A stretch of DNA of 47,884 nucleotides from Planctomycetota bacterium (GTDB lineage Bacteria > Planctomycetota > Planctomycetia > Planctomycetales > Planctomycetaceae), in assembly GCA_043734065.1 (NCBI GenBank), contig JAYTFV010000224.1, positions 1 to 47,884 of the forward strand. The letters run 5' to 3'. Below the pieces are notes generated by a model, which was not told the origin of the DNA, ran no database searches, and was given only the letters and a program-made list of their open reading frames with translations. Below, one piece after another: positions 20,401 through 26,423 of this stretch; position 1 is the first letter of the stretch, and each line of letters begins with the position of its first letter. The position numbers and the translations under genes are program-made.

Positions 20401-21603
20401 CCCGCCGCTGGTCGCATCAACTTGAATGCCGTCGTCGGTGAAGCGGTTGATGACCAGTCCACGGATCGTGCTGCCTGCGGAACCAGCACTCAACTTCAGT
20501 CCGTCGACCACGGCGTTGCCGCCATCGAGCTCGATGATCGGTGTGCCTGCGAAGCCCGGCTCGCTCCAACCGTCGAGAATCACAGTGCCGGTGATCGTCG
20601 GCAGCGCGGAGGTCAGGTTGATCGTATGCGTTCCAGCCCCGATGATATTGAAGGCAATCGTGTCCATGCCCCCTAGTGCGTTGGCGTCCAGGATCGCCTG
20701 GTTGAGTGACCCCGCCCCGCTGTTGTTCGTGTTCGTCACTGTGAATGTATTGAGCAACGCGTCCCACTCCGACTGGAGCAATCCGCTGAAGGCCACATCG
20801 GTTTCGACAGCGCCGAGGTGGTACTCCAGATCCCAGTTCCCGCCCAGCAACGACGAGCCGGTATCGTCGATGCTGGCCGCGATGTCGGCCCCGGTCAGTT
20901 CGACGAGGTTATTCAGCAGTGCCCGCCCGAGATCGTTCCCCGCCAGATCGCAGCCGTAGACCAGCAGGTCCGCCCCTGGCTGGAGGGCCTCGCCCCAACT
21001 GGCAATCTGGTCGCGGTGCTGATCGAGCGTCGCAGCGTCGAGCCACGTATCGCCGAGCTTAATTGCGCGGTCGGCCCCGTGCGTGACGAAGTGGACCGCG
21101 TCGAGTTTCTCGGTCGTGTACTGAGCGAGGGTCTCGGTGATTTGGGTGAGGCCGTCTTCCTGGGCAGAGAGCAATACGACATCAATGTGGCGGGCGGGGT
21201 CTTGATGGTTCCAGATGTCGTCCAGCAGGGCCTGGTAGTTCTCCACACCGGTGTCGATGAAGACCAGTTCATGCGTCGTGGGAGTCAGCACTCCCGCTGC
21301 TGGCTTCTGCTCTAAGACCGACACCTGTCCGGCGTCCGGTGTCGATGTCGGCTGAGCTGCGGACTGGACCACAACCGGTGCATCCAGCGACGCGGCCATC
21401 ACGGTCTGAACCTGCGCATCGGGAGCGGGCGCGACCGGCATCGGACCCGGCGCAGCACTGAACAGCAGCCGGTCCTCCATCGAGATCAGCTCCAATTGCC
21501 TCGCCCCCGACCGTTTGAGGCGAAGTATCTTCGATAACCGCTCCATCGACTCGGAAGCCCGCATTCCCGTGCGGACCAGCAGATCGCGAAGAATCATTGC
21601 CAC
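8425..21603 (-). CDS. giant (4392 aa) DUF4347 / parallel beta-helix / LamG / cadherin-repeat surface protein with a C-terminal membrane anchor
   Basis: A single uninterrupted 13,179-nt ORF with GTG at 21603 and the first ATG at 21597. The N-terminus has 'MEDRLLFSAAP'. A DUF4347-like module spans ~20820-21282 (HELVFIDTGV..LLVYGCDLAG..GGNWDLEY). Two parallel beta-helix blocks (~19250-20780 and ~15050-18370) each open with a CSLREA-like segment (e.g. 'ISLREAILAANA') and close with 'VTANDxxDxDxGxNxLQNxPV'. A LamG-like module lies at ~14060-14580 (LALDFDGVDDSV..FTLEAWINP..DVRVWN). Numerous ~100-aa 'VNDAP'-delimited Ig/cadherin-like modules follow, then 4 canonical cadherin repeats, a Thr/Gly linker, a hydrophobic C-terminal segment (~8560-8660) and an acidic tail. 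Domain coordinates are approximate. Confidence 0.95.
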   Translation of the reverse strand: MAMILRDLLVRTGMRASESMERLSKILRLKRSGARQLELISMEDRLLFSAAPGPMPVAPAPDAQVQTVMAASLDAPVVVQSAAQPTSTPDAGQVSVLEQKPAAGVLTPTTHELVFIDTGVENYQALLDDIWNHQDPARHIDVVLLSAQEDGLTQITETLAQYTTEKLDAVHFVTHGADRAIKLGDTWLDAATLDQHRDQIASWGEALQPGADLLVYGCDLAGNDLGRALLNNLVELTGADIAASIDDTGSSLLGGNWDLEYHLGAVETDVAFSGLLQSEWDALLNTFTVTNTNNSGAGSLNQAILDANALGGMDTIAFNIIGAGTHTINLTSALPTITGTVILDGWSEPGFAGTPIIELDGGNAVVDGLKLSAGSAGSTIRGLVINRFTDDGIQVDATSGGNTIAGNYIGTNAAGTVDLGNAGTGIEVLSGGNIIGGSTAADRNVISGNNLYGIFIDGAAATGNVVRGNYIGTNAAGDADLGNTSTGVRLSNGATNNTIGGTTAAARNVISGNDFNAIHLVDAGTTGNLVQGNYLGLNAAGTGVIGNALAGVKIQLGAADNIVGGTAAGAGNVIGGNLNGVFLSDAGTSSNIVQGNFIGTDAAGSLNLGNLNRGVLVSNGATSNHIGGTAAGAGNRIAFNSWQGVLIDNAGTTGNPILGNAIYSNTQVGIDLANDQVTANDSGDGDSGPNNLQNFPVLMSAASSGGNTTITGSLNSTASSTFRIEFFSSPTVDATGYGQGQTYLGFVNATTDGSGNAAINTTLTSSVAAGEFLSATATDSGNNTSEFSATVSVRGNTGLWISSPNNGAAGGLTWNSGTIVQIGDPNLSFEPGITAGTFFKTEFDLNTFAADGFVNLNGFHYVSRSVTVGSAHAVTLNPGDLLLSTATNETLGGVAVSIDDIILFRPTTAGDYSSGTFSVLLQNPMGGSGTRDFALVETSTVVGGVTLNAGDFLLTDANAAYRSDVSLYHVTDVGPGTTIGTRTELIDGQSAGIGFGSQIYGLELIQSNTTLGGVSLTAGQLLISLSASDSVGVNNLAVTKFDIFSLTVTATGTGTSSASAALLVQGSDIGLTASGEEYDAIALLSPIPITHDVTVDTTSDAADGDTSSIAALSANKGADGKISLREAILAANATAGTDTIEFNIAAPLVGGAHTIVVSAGGLPTLTDAVIIDGTTDADFAGTPIIELNGGNAGAGAEGLRLNSGASGSTIRGLVINRFDGSGIDLNNSDNNLIAGNYLGTDVTGTTAYGNAWYGVSVTGGSSGNVIGGTTAADRNLISGQMGVHLGASGIILDGAGTTGNVIEGNFLGTSVTGSAALANHHGVIVTNGADGNTIGGTAAGAGNVVAASTYEGIILDGTAPTGNVVQGNSIGTNAAGTAALGNMVGVYVSSANNTIGGTTVAARNLISGNTAYGIEIDGATATGNVIEGNFIGTNVGGSAALANGSTGVFITGGAANNTIGGSVAGARNVISGNAGSGVEINNSSNNTVVANDIGTDASGNAALANASGITIHGTSQNNTIGGSLAQGNLISGNTGGGIKVYDATATGNAIQGNTIGLNASGSTALANSVGVQISNVSGTTLGYSATGAGNVIAGNTNQNIFLNGGTSDTLVRGNIIGTNASGSAALGGTFGMLVYDSPHNIIGGTTASERNVISGNTYGIDLFASGTTDTLVEGNWIGLDPTGTFAVPNSGAGLIMADSSNNTIGGTAAGAGNMISGNAGTGLVLSGSNATGNVVQGNLIGTDPSGTLIIGNAGSGVSLGSGAHDNTIGGTTASARNVISGNQGDGVSIQGTGTTGNVVEGNYIGTDLTGEINLGNSANGVNVSATGNTIGGSSVGAGNVISGNSLRGVYVTGTGVSATVQGNYVGTDKDGLQTLGNTFDGIEVNFGAGGVTIQDNLVAANGQWGINLSSTGAGNTIQGNTVGLNATQMAILGGTGIYLSTDGNTITGNTVGGSTNYGIYLTGSAKNTIQGNFLGTNSLGAAGLGNALQGIGITGAGSDHNLIGGTGVGEGNVIANNTQDGIAFASSAGSGNAILGNIFRNNGDLAIDLHDNGVTANDVNDVDTGANGLQNYPVITSAALNGTNLTVSGSLNTDGLSTQYRIEFYGNPAGTQDATNGEGRIYLGSTNVTTNASGDATFSAVALTGVSLVAGDSVTATATRIETSAQVGISDFLAYGSTSEFAANFALTAANSAPVLVASSVLNSINEDDVTNSGTLVSQLVDTEVTDADAGALKGVAIISVPTTNGTWEYTLNGTTWLAVGTPSTTAALLLPADATAAIRFVPNANFNGNSGLLNYKAWDQTTGTAGSPADVTSTGASTAFSVGTNGTSLSVAAVNNAPRAADDRLALDFDGVDDSVSIADSPSLHMTNSFTLEAWINPEPSANSNRMILNKEGEYELSIFPNGEIYWAVANTTPGWSWQGTGQFVDNGVWTHVALTYDAGVVTTYVNGVSVNVYSGSGTIGDVYPALNQLTIGGRLNNPSGQYFDGQITDVRVWNIARTGAEIAGNMNATLTGSSEANLVGNWRFEENSGSTAFDSSAALNQGTLGGGVAGRQPAWAGDKLLEDTTLTVAAPGVLLNDFDVDGDSLTAVLDTGPAHALAFTLNADGSFTYTPAANFTGVDTFTYYVNDGSLNSTTATVYLHVTPVNDAPTISAGSLTAVLEDTTQPAGATIGSLFSGSFSDPDAGASLSGIAVTSNTAPISEGVWQYSTDSGSNWFDIVSVGVNGLALDVSTRVRFVPAADFNGSPTILSLRGLDDSYAGGFTSGATRVLVDTSSPGGTSAISSSLVSLSTTVMAVNDAPVLMAGSVNNLTVLEDSGLTSLGLGSLVFSPGGGADEAGQTLTYQVTTIPHPTFFGVVYLADGTTPVTVGTYTLTELQGMQFRPATDRNGGPSFFSFSVVDSGGTSNGGVNTSGYAIQLNITPVNDAPVISLPSGAVTFIENGTPVLFDAAARVTDVDSANFDTGTLTASLPLNGSVDDRITIQNQGTGAGQIGISGANVTFQGTAIGTWTGGTSGATPLVVTFNSNATVSAVQALARNVQFSNVSDSPSTTARSIRIVVTDGDGGTSNNGQNTLNVVAVNDAPVLDNSGTMTLVTITEDNLTNSGDAIGSIIMSAGGDRVTDPDSAFAFEGFAVTGLTSGNGTWEYTINGTNWFAVGSASDNSALLLRDTDRLRFVPNGLDGTTASVTFRAWDQTSGTPGTQVDVSANGGSTAFSTASETANITVTAVNDAPVIATNTLSITEGGTVLLGAANISTSDPDTASANLTYTVSNLSGGQFEWVATPGAAITTFTHADIKSGSVQFVHDGGESAPTYQLTVSDGSLSDGPSTVTIGTFTNVNDAPSFTANSLTISEGGTVVLTNAQINATDPDNSDSQLSYTVSGLSGGQFEFVAAPGSTITSFTQDDINNARVQFVHDGGEAAPIYSLTLSDGSSNVGPSDAVVTFTNVNDAPAISVNTLTISEGGTVVLSLTNLSTADPDNTPDQSTYTASNVSHGQFEFVAATGTAITSFTQADIIAGLVQFVHDNGNLAPAYDLTVSDGSLSNGPSSVAVTFTPVNDVPTISAVVNQTVNEDTTLGPLVFTIGDSETAATGLVVTATSSDAALIPNGNIVLGGTGANRTVTITPALNQNGGPVTITLTVDDGTATTQTAFDVTITPVNDLPVIAPQRFNVNENSPVGTVVGAVMASDVDTGAVLTYAIDAGNTNGAFAIDPVTGQITVLNPAALDFETTPQYLLAVSVTDSVGAPQSATITIDLNGLNETPTSLNLSSASVNENSLLGTPVGQLSSTDVDTGDTATYSLVDDAGGLFVVDSLSGQITVNGSLDFETASNHTIIARVTDSGGLTLDRRFMISLVDLNEAPVLVGGAFGLPENSANGTLIGTLSASDVDAGDQLTFTLVSGNTGGAFAIDAVTGAITVANTAALDFEAHSTFSLIAQVADRAGLTNQQTVSVSLSDVNEQPVILAGTYHIHEWSSVGNLVGIVAASDVDAGDVLTYSFVAGNTGGRFAIDPNSGDITVANAAYFTHESQSSFTITVQVQDTAGLARSADMTILIDNVNVAPVAVNDQYTLSQFQSLTTVAMTGVIANDSDSDSVSITATIVQGPQHGTLTFNADGTFTYVADHLYFGMDSFTYVLNDGLESSGVATVSLTVGLLAPSGGSLNGNSGTGTTTTTTTNAGVDSGNNTAVTPVVSTVTTASSGVTRQAIASTGGLIGVYSSQAHDEAVPPSTSETGDDFFVRSTRIGDLVSGSRGFLAPRSTMRETLYRMPDLIPVIATLIPDSLHNLTHAILENQTMWNDLNSFRDQLESQQHSSALVEDIVVGTTTAVTGGLTVGYVIWLIRGGSLLATMISVMPTWMSFDPLPVMDRFEEERSEEDKESLASIVTGGAGDRG
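9420..10620 (-). repeat. four tandem canonical cadherin repeats (~100 aa each) inside the giant CDS
   Basis: The repeated pattern is 'NENS..G..VG...A.DVD.GD.LTY.....NTGGAFAID..TG.ITV....LDFE.......V.D..G'. Each unit ends in 'LNE(T/A/Q)P' or 'VNVAP'. Confidence 0.75.
11020..12010 (-). repeat. three tandem ~327-bp (about 109-aa) related coding repeats inside the giant CDS
   Basis: The unit is 'VNDAPxxxxNxLTISEGGTVxL....(I/L)xTxDPDxxxxxLxYTVSxLSGGQFE(F/W)VAxxGxxITxFTxxDIxxxxVQFVHDGGExAPxYxLT(V/L)SDGS'. The nucleotide anchor 'gtcgtgaacgaactgcac' or a close variant recurs near 11027, 11353 and 11683. Confidence 0.8.
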
Positions 21604-21862
21604 CCCTACCTTGAGTCGATTCCGACTGCGCGCACCGCAGCCTAAACGACTCTAGTTCCTCCTTTCGGGTCAGGCGGACCTGACCGTAAAGACCGATCGA
21701 ACACGATTGGGAAAGATGTATCGAGAAAGGCCAGTTGAAGCGAATCAGCCGAATCTGCCGGTGGACTCGCCGACTGGGCGAGGAGTTCCCATAATTCCCG
21801 GACCATCGTGGGAGACGTGACGTTCCGTCACCTCCGCACTGTTCTCGAAAGCCCCTTGCCCG

Positions 21863-22837
21863 ATGAATCCCTCTCTTGACATTGATGGAGTCCGACTCCA
21901 CCTCTCACGTCCCGACACCTCCAGCGGCGATTGGATCGGCCAGCGCGAGGTGCTGAAGCAACTGCTGGCCTGCTGGCTCGTTGTGGATGCGCGGGACCTG
22001 CCGCTGGCTCCACGTCTGATTGGCACACCGGGGATCGGGAAGACGACGCTCGCCATTGCAGCCGCGCATGCGCGGAAGCAGGAACTCTACATCTATCAGT
22101 GTACGGCGGACACGCGGCCCGAGGATTTGCTGGTGACGCCGGTGCTGGCCGAGAGTGGGAAGATTCAATACCAAGCGAGCCCGCTGGTGACCGCGATGAT
22201 TCGCGGCGGCGTGTGCGTCCTCGACGAAGGGAACCGCATGAACGAGAAGTCGTGGGCCAGTCTGGCACCGCTGCTCGATCATCGCCGGTACGTCGAGTCA
22301 ATCGTGGCGGGGATCTCGATCCACGCGCATGCGAACTTCCGCTGTGCCGTGACGATGAATGAGGACGACTCGACCTACGAGATTCCGGATTACATCCTCA
22401 GCCGGTTGCAGCCGACGCTGACCCTCGGACATCCCGCGCGGCAGGATGAGCTGGCGATCTTGAAGTACCACATCCCGTTCGCGGATGACGAGATGCTCGA
22501 TCTGACGGTCGACTTCCTGCAGAACTCGCACGAGTTGAAGCTCGATTTCTCGACGCGGGACGGGATCAACGTGTTGCGGTATGCGCTCAAGCGGATCGCG
22601 TCCGAGCCGACGCACCCGCTGGCCAAGGACGCGGCGTGGCGGGAATCGCTGAAGGCGTGCCTGGGCGAGGATGCCTTCGACCTGCATTCGATGGCGGAGC
22701 GGAAGAGTCAGGCCCTGGGCGGGAATGCCGTGCCGATGGGCCTGGGCGATTTCTTCTTCGACCCCGACAACCCGCTGCATCCGGATTTTGAAGAAGATGA
22801 CGACGACGACGACAGCGACGACAGCGATGAGGTGTGA
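21863..22837 (+). CDS. MoxR/CbbQ-like AAA+ (AAA_5-type) ATPase with a poly-acidic C-terminal tail
   Basis: The start is ATG 21863. Walker A is '[11 protein letters not shown]' and Walker B is '[10 protein letters not shown]'. The C-terminus is '[16 protein letters not shown]'. The gene is divergent from the giant gene across a 259-nt spacer. Confidence 0.85.
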   Translation: MNPSLDIDGVRLHLSRPDTSSGDWIGQREVLKQLLACWLVVDARDLPLAPRLIGTPGIGKTTLAIAAAHARKQELYIYQCTADTRPEDLLVTPVLAESGKIQYQASPLVTAMIRGGVCVLDEGNRMNEKSWASLAPLLDHRRYVESIVAGISIHAHANFRCAVTMNEDDSTYEIPDYILSRLQPTLTLGHPARQDELAILKYHIPFADDEMLDLTVDFLQNSHELKLDFSTRDGINVLRYALKRIASEPTHPLAKDAAWRESLKACLGEDAFDLHSMAERKSQALGGNAVPMGLGDFFFDPDNPLHPDFEEDDDDDDSDDSDEV

Positions 22838-22843
22838 TTCAAG

Positions 22844-22971
22844 GGTAGCCACCTTCGCCAAAAGGTGGGCTGCGTGGTACTTGCGTGTGATGAGGGACGA
22901 CGTTTGCGTAGGCCGCCTGCATCGTACGGGGGCTGGTTCCAGGCTCCCACCTTCTGGCGAAGGTGGCTACC
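22844..22971. repeat. inverted pair of self-folding hairpin elements (GGTAGC-stem-TTCGCCARAA-stem); probable bidirectional terminator
   Basis: Arm 1 at 22844-22870 is 'ggtagccaccttcgccaaaaggtgggc'. Arm 2 at 22946-22971 is 'cccaccttctggcgaaggtggctacc'. The arms are reverse complements with 1 mismatch, and each arm contains its own 7-bp hairpin (ccacctt/aaggtgg). The pair sits between the convergent MoxR-like and MMPL genes. Confidence 0.85.
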
Positions 22972-22992
22972 TCGAACGGAATGAATTCCGTT

Positions 22993-25272
22993 CTACTTTT
23001 CGGGGGTCGCCTCCCCCTGGACCTCGTTCAACCCGAGCATCATGGCGGGCAGCAGCACGAGATTCCCCAACAATCCGGTGAGCATCGTAAAACTCACCAG
23101 CAGGCCGAAATAGACCAGCGGCAGAAAGTTCGACAGCGCGAGTACCGAGAACCCCAGGACCAGCGCCGCATTGGAGAGCACGAGAGCCCGACCGATCTGC
23201 GTGGACGACTCCCGCAACGCCTGGAGGTGCGGCTTCCCCGCCCGAATCGCATATTGATATCCCGCCAGGTATTGAATGCTGGCATCGATCGTCAGCCCCA
23301 GCGACACGCTGGCAATCATCGCCGTCCCGATGTTGATGGGCAGCCCGATCCAACCCATGCCGCCAATCAGCCAGAGCGTCGGAACCACGTTCGGAACCAT
23401 GGCGATCAGCGACCAGGACATGCGGCGGAATGGGATCCAAACGCTGAATACGATCAGCACCAGCGACAGTCCAAAGCTGACTAACTGGTCACCCAGCAGG
23501 CCCTGAATCAGATTGGCCAGCAAGACATATAAACCCGTCACCTGCGCATCCGGGAACGTCCGTCGAGCCAATTCCCGAACCTGTCGGATCAACTCCAGCT
23601 TCACGTCGGCCTGTGCCCGTTCGCGAGCCCGCAGCACGATCCGCATCCGACCTTCCTGCGCGTTATAGAGGGTCGGTTCATATTCGGGTTGCATCGCACG
23701 CATGAATTCACGGCGCTCCCCCAGCGTGGGGGTCCACACTTTCGGAATGACATCCAGACCATCCGTGAGCGCCACGACCTTGGTCAGTTCGCTCCCCCGA
23801 CCTGGTCTGGCGGCCACTTCCAGTTCACGCAACTGACCCGCCAATTGTCGCACCCGGTCGAGGTACTCCTCGTCCAGAACGGCCGGAGCCGGGAAGTTAA
23901 CCTCCCAGGTTCCGACGCCGCCAAATCGGGATTCGAAGTAGCTAATTGCCTCGACGATCGGGCTGTTCTGGCGAAAGTTCTGACTGAAGTCGGTTTCGAC
24001 CCGCACGTGCTTGATGCCGATGGAGACGAGCGCCGTGATGACCAGCAGCCCGCCGATCATGCTCCAGCGACGAGCGGTGACCAGATCGAACAAGCGTTCC
24101 AAACCGCGAGTCAGTTGTTCTTCCGACCGACCGACCTGGGGATCGGAATCGCGTTTTCCCCACAAGATCCCCGCAGGCAGAAACACCAAACAGGCGACTA
24201 ACACAAACAGCGACGAGACCGTCAGCATCAGTCCGAAACTGCGGATGGGAGTGATGTTACTGGTCATCAGTGACCCGAAGCCGATCGCGTTCGTGACGAT
24301 CACCCAAAACACCGGAATGGCCAGTTTGTTGAACACATGGCGGAACGCTTCCACGCGCGAGAGCTGCTGCCGCGTTTCGCGGTACTCGACGGCAATGTGC
24401 ATCACCACCGCCACGCCACAGATGGTCGTCAGCGAGGTCAGCATCGAAGTGACCATGCTCAGCCGCATCCCCGTCATCGCCAGCAGCCCCTTGGTCCACA
24501 GCAGCGCAGGCTGCACCACCAGCAGCGGCAGGATCATCCACCGCAGGCTGCGAAACATGAGTACGATGATCAGCATCAACAGGCTGGTGGAGGTGACCCC
24601 CATCAGCAGGCTGTCCTGCTCGACGTACAGGAACATGTCCTGGACCTGGACCGGTTCCCCGGCGACATAGGTGCGGGGCTGGTGCCGGGCCGCCAGTTCG
24701 CGGATGTTGCGGATGGTTTCGCGACGTGGAACCGGAGTCTGATCGTAGGGGAGTAGACGCAGGACGATCGCCAGCGTTTGATCGTCCTCTCCCCCGACCA
24801 GCAGGCCGCGGGCCTGTTTGATGACGGTGCGTTTGAAGCGACCGACAGCCAGGACTCCCATGTCCAAATCCCGATTCGGCAGTTGGTACATCTTGGTCAG
24901 GTGTTGCGTGCTGGCCGAGCTCACTCCCGGGATCTGGCTGAGTTCCGTCGCGAAAGCGGCGTTCTCTTCCAGCACCTCAGCGGAGGTCACCTTGACCGGC
25001 CCGGGTTCCCCGTCGGGACTCGTCGGCGAGTAGGCCACCAGAACAAATTCATCCCCCCCGAAGCGCCGCTTGCTGGACAGATACTCCTGGAGCAGGGGAT
25101 CGTCGGGAGCAAAAAACGACTCGATCGACTCATCCAGCTTCAGAGACTGGGCGGGCCCGTAGCTGATCGCCGTGACGACGACTGCCAACCCCAGCAGCAG
25201 CAGATGCCGACGGACCACAAACTCCGTCAGCCAGGCCACACCTCGGTCAGCCAATGAGGGATCGGTCTTCAA
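22993..25272 (-). CDS. MMPL/RND-superfamily exporter (HpnN-like two-fold repeat, about 12 TM)
   Basis: The 759-aa protein has two homologous halves. Each half has a periplasmic loop followed by a cluster of TM helices (e.g. 'LLMLIIVLMFRSLRWMILPLLVV' and 'LSLVLIVFSVWIPFRRMSWSLIAMVPNV'). The start is uncertain because the tracked start at 25272 is TTG. Confidence 0.85.
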   Translation of the reverse strand: MKTDPSLADRGVAWLTEFVVRRHLLLLGLAVVVTAISYGPAQSLKLDESIESFFAPDDPLLQEYLSSKRRFGGDEFVLVAYSPTSPDGEPGPVKVTSAEVLEENAAFATELSQIPGVSSASTQHLTKMYQLPNRDLDMGVLAVGRFKRTVIKQARGLLVGGEDDQTLAIVLRLLPYDQTPVPRRETIRNIRELAARHQPRTYVAGEPVQVQDMFLYVEQDSLLMGVTSTSLLMLIIVLMFRSLRWMILPLLVVQPALLWTKGLLAMTGMRLSMVTSMLTSLTTICGVAVVMHIAVEYRETRQQLSRVEAFRHVFNKLAIPVFWVIVTNAIGFGSLMTSNITPIRSFGLMLTVSSLFVLVACLVFLPAGILWGKRDSDPQVGRSEEQLTRGLERLFDLVTARRWSMIGGLLVITALVSIGIKHVRVETDFSQNFRQNSPIVEAISYFESRFGGVGTWEVNFPAPAVLDEEYLDRVRQLAGQLRELEVAARPGRGSELTKVVALTDGLDVIPKVWTPTLGERREFMRAMQPEYEPTLYNAQEGRMRIVLRARERAQADVKLELIRQVRELARRTFPDAQVTGLYVLLANLIQGLLGDQLVSFGLSLVLIVFSVWIPFRRMSWSLIAMVPNVVPTLWLIGGMGWIGLPINIGTAMIASVSLGLTIDASIQYLAGYQYAIRAGKPHLQALRESSTQIGRALVLSNAALVLGFSVLALSNFLPLVYFGLLVSFTMLTGLLGNLVLLPAMMLGLNEVQGEATPEK

Positions 25273-25487
25273 GGGGGCTCCGCGTCAACGGCCAGTCCGG
25301 GACTGAGATCCCCTGGAGACCAGGGGCTGGAGGGTGAGGATAGTCGGGATGTCACCGGACAACCAGCGGTCTGCGTCTCCCCGGGAGATGAATTCGGGAA
25401 CGGGTGTGAGAGTCATTGTGGCGGCTGGCACGTTCCGTTACACATTCCTGCGGACCCATCTCGTGAGCCCGATTCAGGATAGATGCC

Positions 25488-26381
25488 ATGCCCCTTCCGT
25501 CCTGCTGTCCCAAGTGTCAGGCCGCTTTCCCGGAATTCCTGGAACAGTTCGGGGCCAACTATGGCTGTCGAGCCTGCGGGCAGATTCTGAAGTATAAAGA
25601 CCCCACTCCGGTGGTCTCCCTCGTCACCCGGACAGAACGCGATGGGGTGGACGACGAGGAAGAGGCGGATGACGACGAATTGCTCCCGATCCCCTTGCCC
25701 CCGATCGATCAGTTGTTGTCGGAGGGCTGGGAGATTTTCCACGAGCGGATGGGGATCTGTATCGGGGTGTTTGGCGTCGGGATATTCCTGAATCTGCTGT
25801 CACAGGTGCCGGAACTCTACGTGAGACTCTTTGTCCTCAATCGCCCCATGGCTCCCGAGGCGCGGGCTTCGCTGTCGATGGGACTTTTCCTCTGCACTCT
25901 CCTGCGCGTGGCGTTTTCGGTGTGGCTGGGAATCGGCATGTACCAATTCGCGTTGAAAGTCGTCAGGGGTCAAGCGGCCGAGCTGGGAGATCTGTTCGGG
26001 GGCGGTCGCTACTTCTGGCGCGCCTTGCTGTGCAGCCTCGTGTTCGGGCTGGCCTTCACTGTCGGATTGTTGTTGTGCATCGTGCCGGGTGTCATCGTGT
26101 TCTTGATGTATTGGCCCTTCATCTACGTGCTGGTGGATCGAGACTCGCCCGGCCTGCAATCGCTGAGTCAGTCCGCGGAGATCACTGCGGGAAACAAGCT
26201 GGCACTCTTCGGGTTGATGTTCGTGTGTTTCGTCATCCATCTCATGGGCTGTCTGGCTCTGGGGGTGGGGATGTTCATCTCCGGGCCGTATGTCATGCTG
26301 GTGCTGGCACTGGCCTACGATCGCATCTCCGGGATCCGCAGGACACACAATCCGTCCGATGCGGACGATGAAGTCGACTGA
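25488..26381 (+). CDS. membrane protein with an N-terminal zinc ribbon, acidic linker and DUF975-like multi-pass domain
   Basis: The start is ATG 25488. The zinc ribbon is 'CCPKCQ...CRACGQ', followed by the linker 'DDEEEADDDE'. Then come 5-6 hydrophobic helices with 'GDLFGGGRYFWRALL', reminiscent of DUF975/GDPD-membrane-type proteins. The family call is tentative. Confidence 0.6.
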   Translation: MPLPSCCPKCQAAFPEFLEQFGANYGCRACGQILKYKDPTPVVSLVTRTERDGVDDEEEADDDELLPIPLPPIDQLLSEGWEIFHERMGICIGVFGVGIFLNLLSQVPELYVRLFVLNRPMAPEARASLSMGLFLCTLLRVAFSVWLGIGMYQFALKVVRGQAAELGDLFGGGRYFWRALLCSLVFGLAFTVGLLLCIVPGVIVFLMYWPFIYVLVDRDSPGLQSLSQSAEITAGNKLALFGLMFVCFVIHLMGCLALGVGMFISGPYVMLVLALAYDRISGIRRTHNPSDADDEVD

Positions 26382-26395
26382 GACCCTCAATAGCC

Positions 26396-26423
26396 AACTC
26401 CCGACTCCCTACTCCCGACTCCC
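26396..26423. repeat. heptanucleotide array, 4 units of NACTCCC
   Basis: The units are aactccc gactccc tactccc gactccc. The array spans the convergent junction and supplies the last codons and stop of the SGNH hydrolase gene (..GGSRE*). Confidence 0.8.

Noticed and set aside
8941-20959. Dozens of plus-strand ORFs (up to 562 aa) across the giant gene
   Set aside because: All are antisense or off-frame relative to a single 13.2-kb ORF with coherent domain architecture. Their repetitive translations merely mirror the coding repeats.
21269-21901. 210-aa minus-strand ORF spanning the giant-gene 5' end and the divergent promoter
   Set aside because: It is off-frame relative to the giant gene, overlaps the MoxR-like start and has an Arg/Gly/Ser-rich composition, so it is a shadow ORF.
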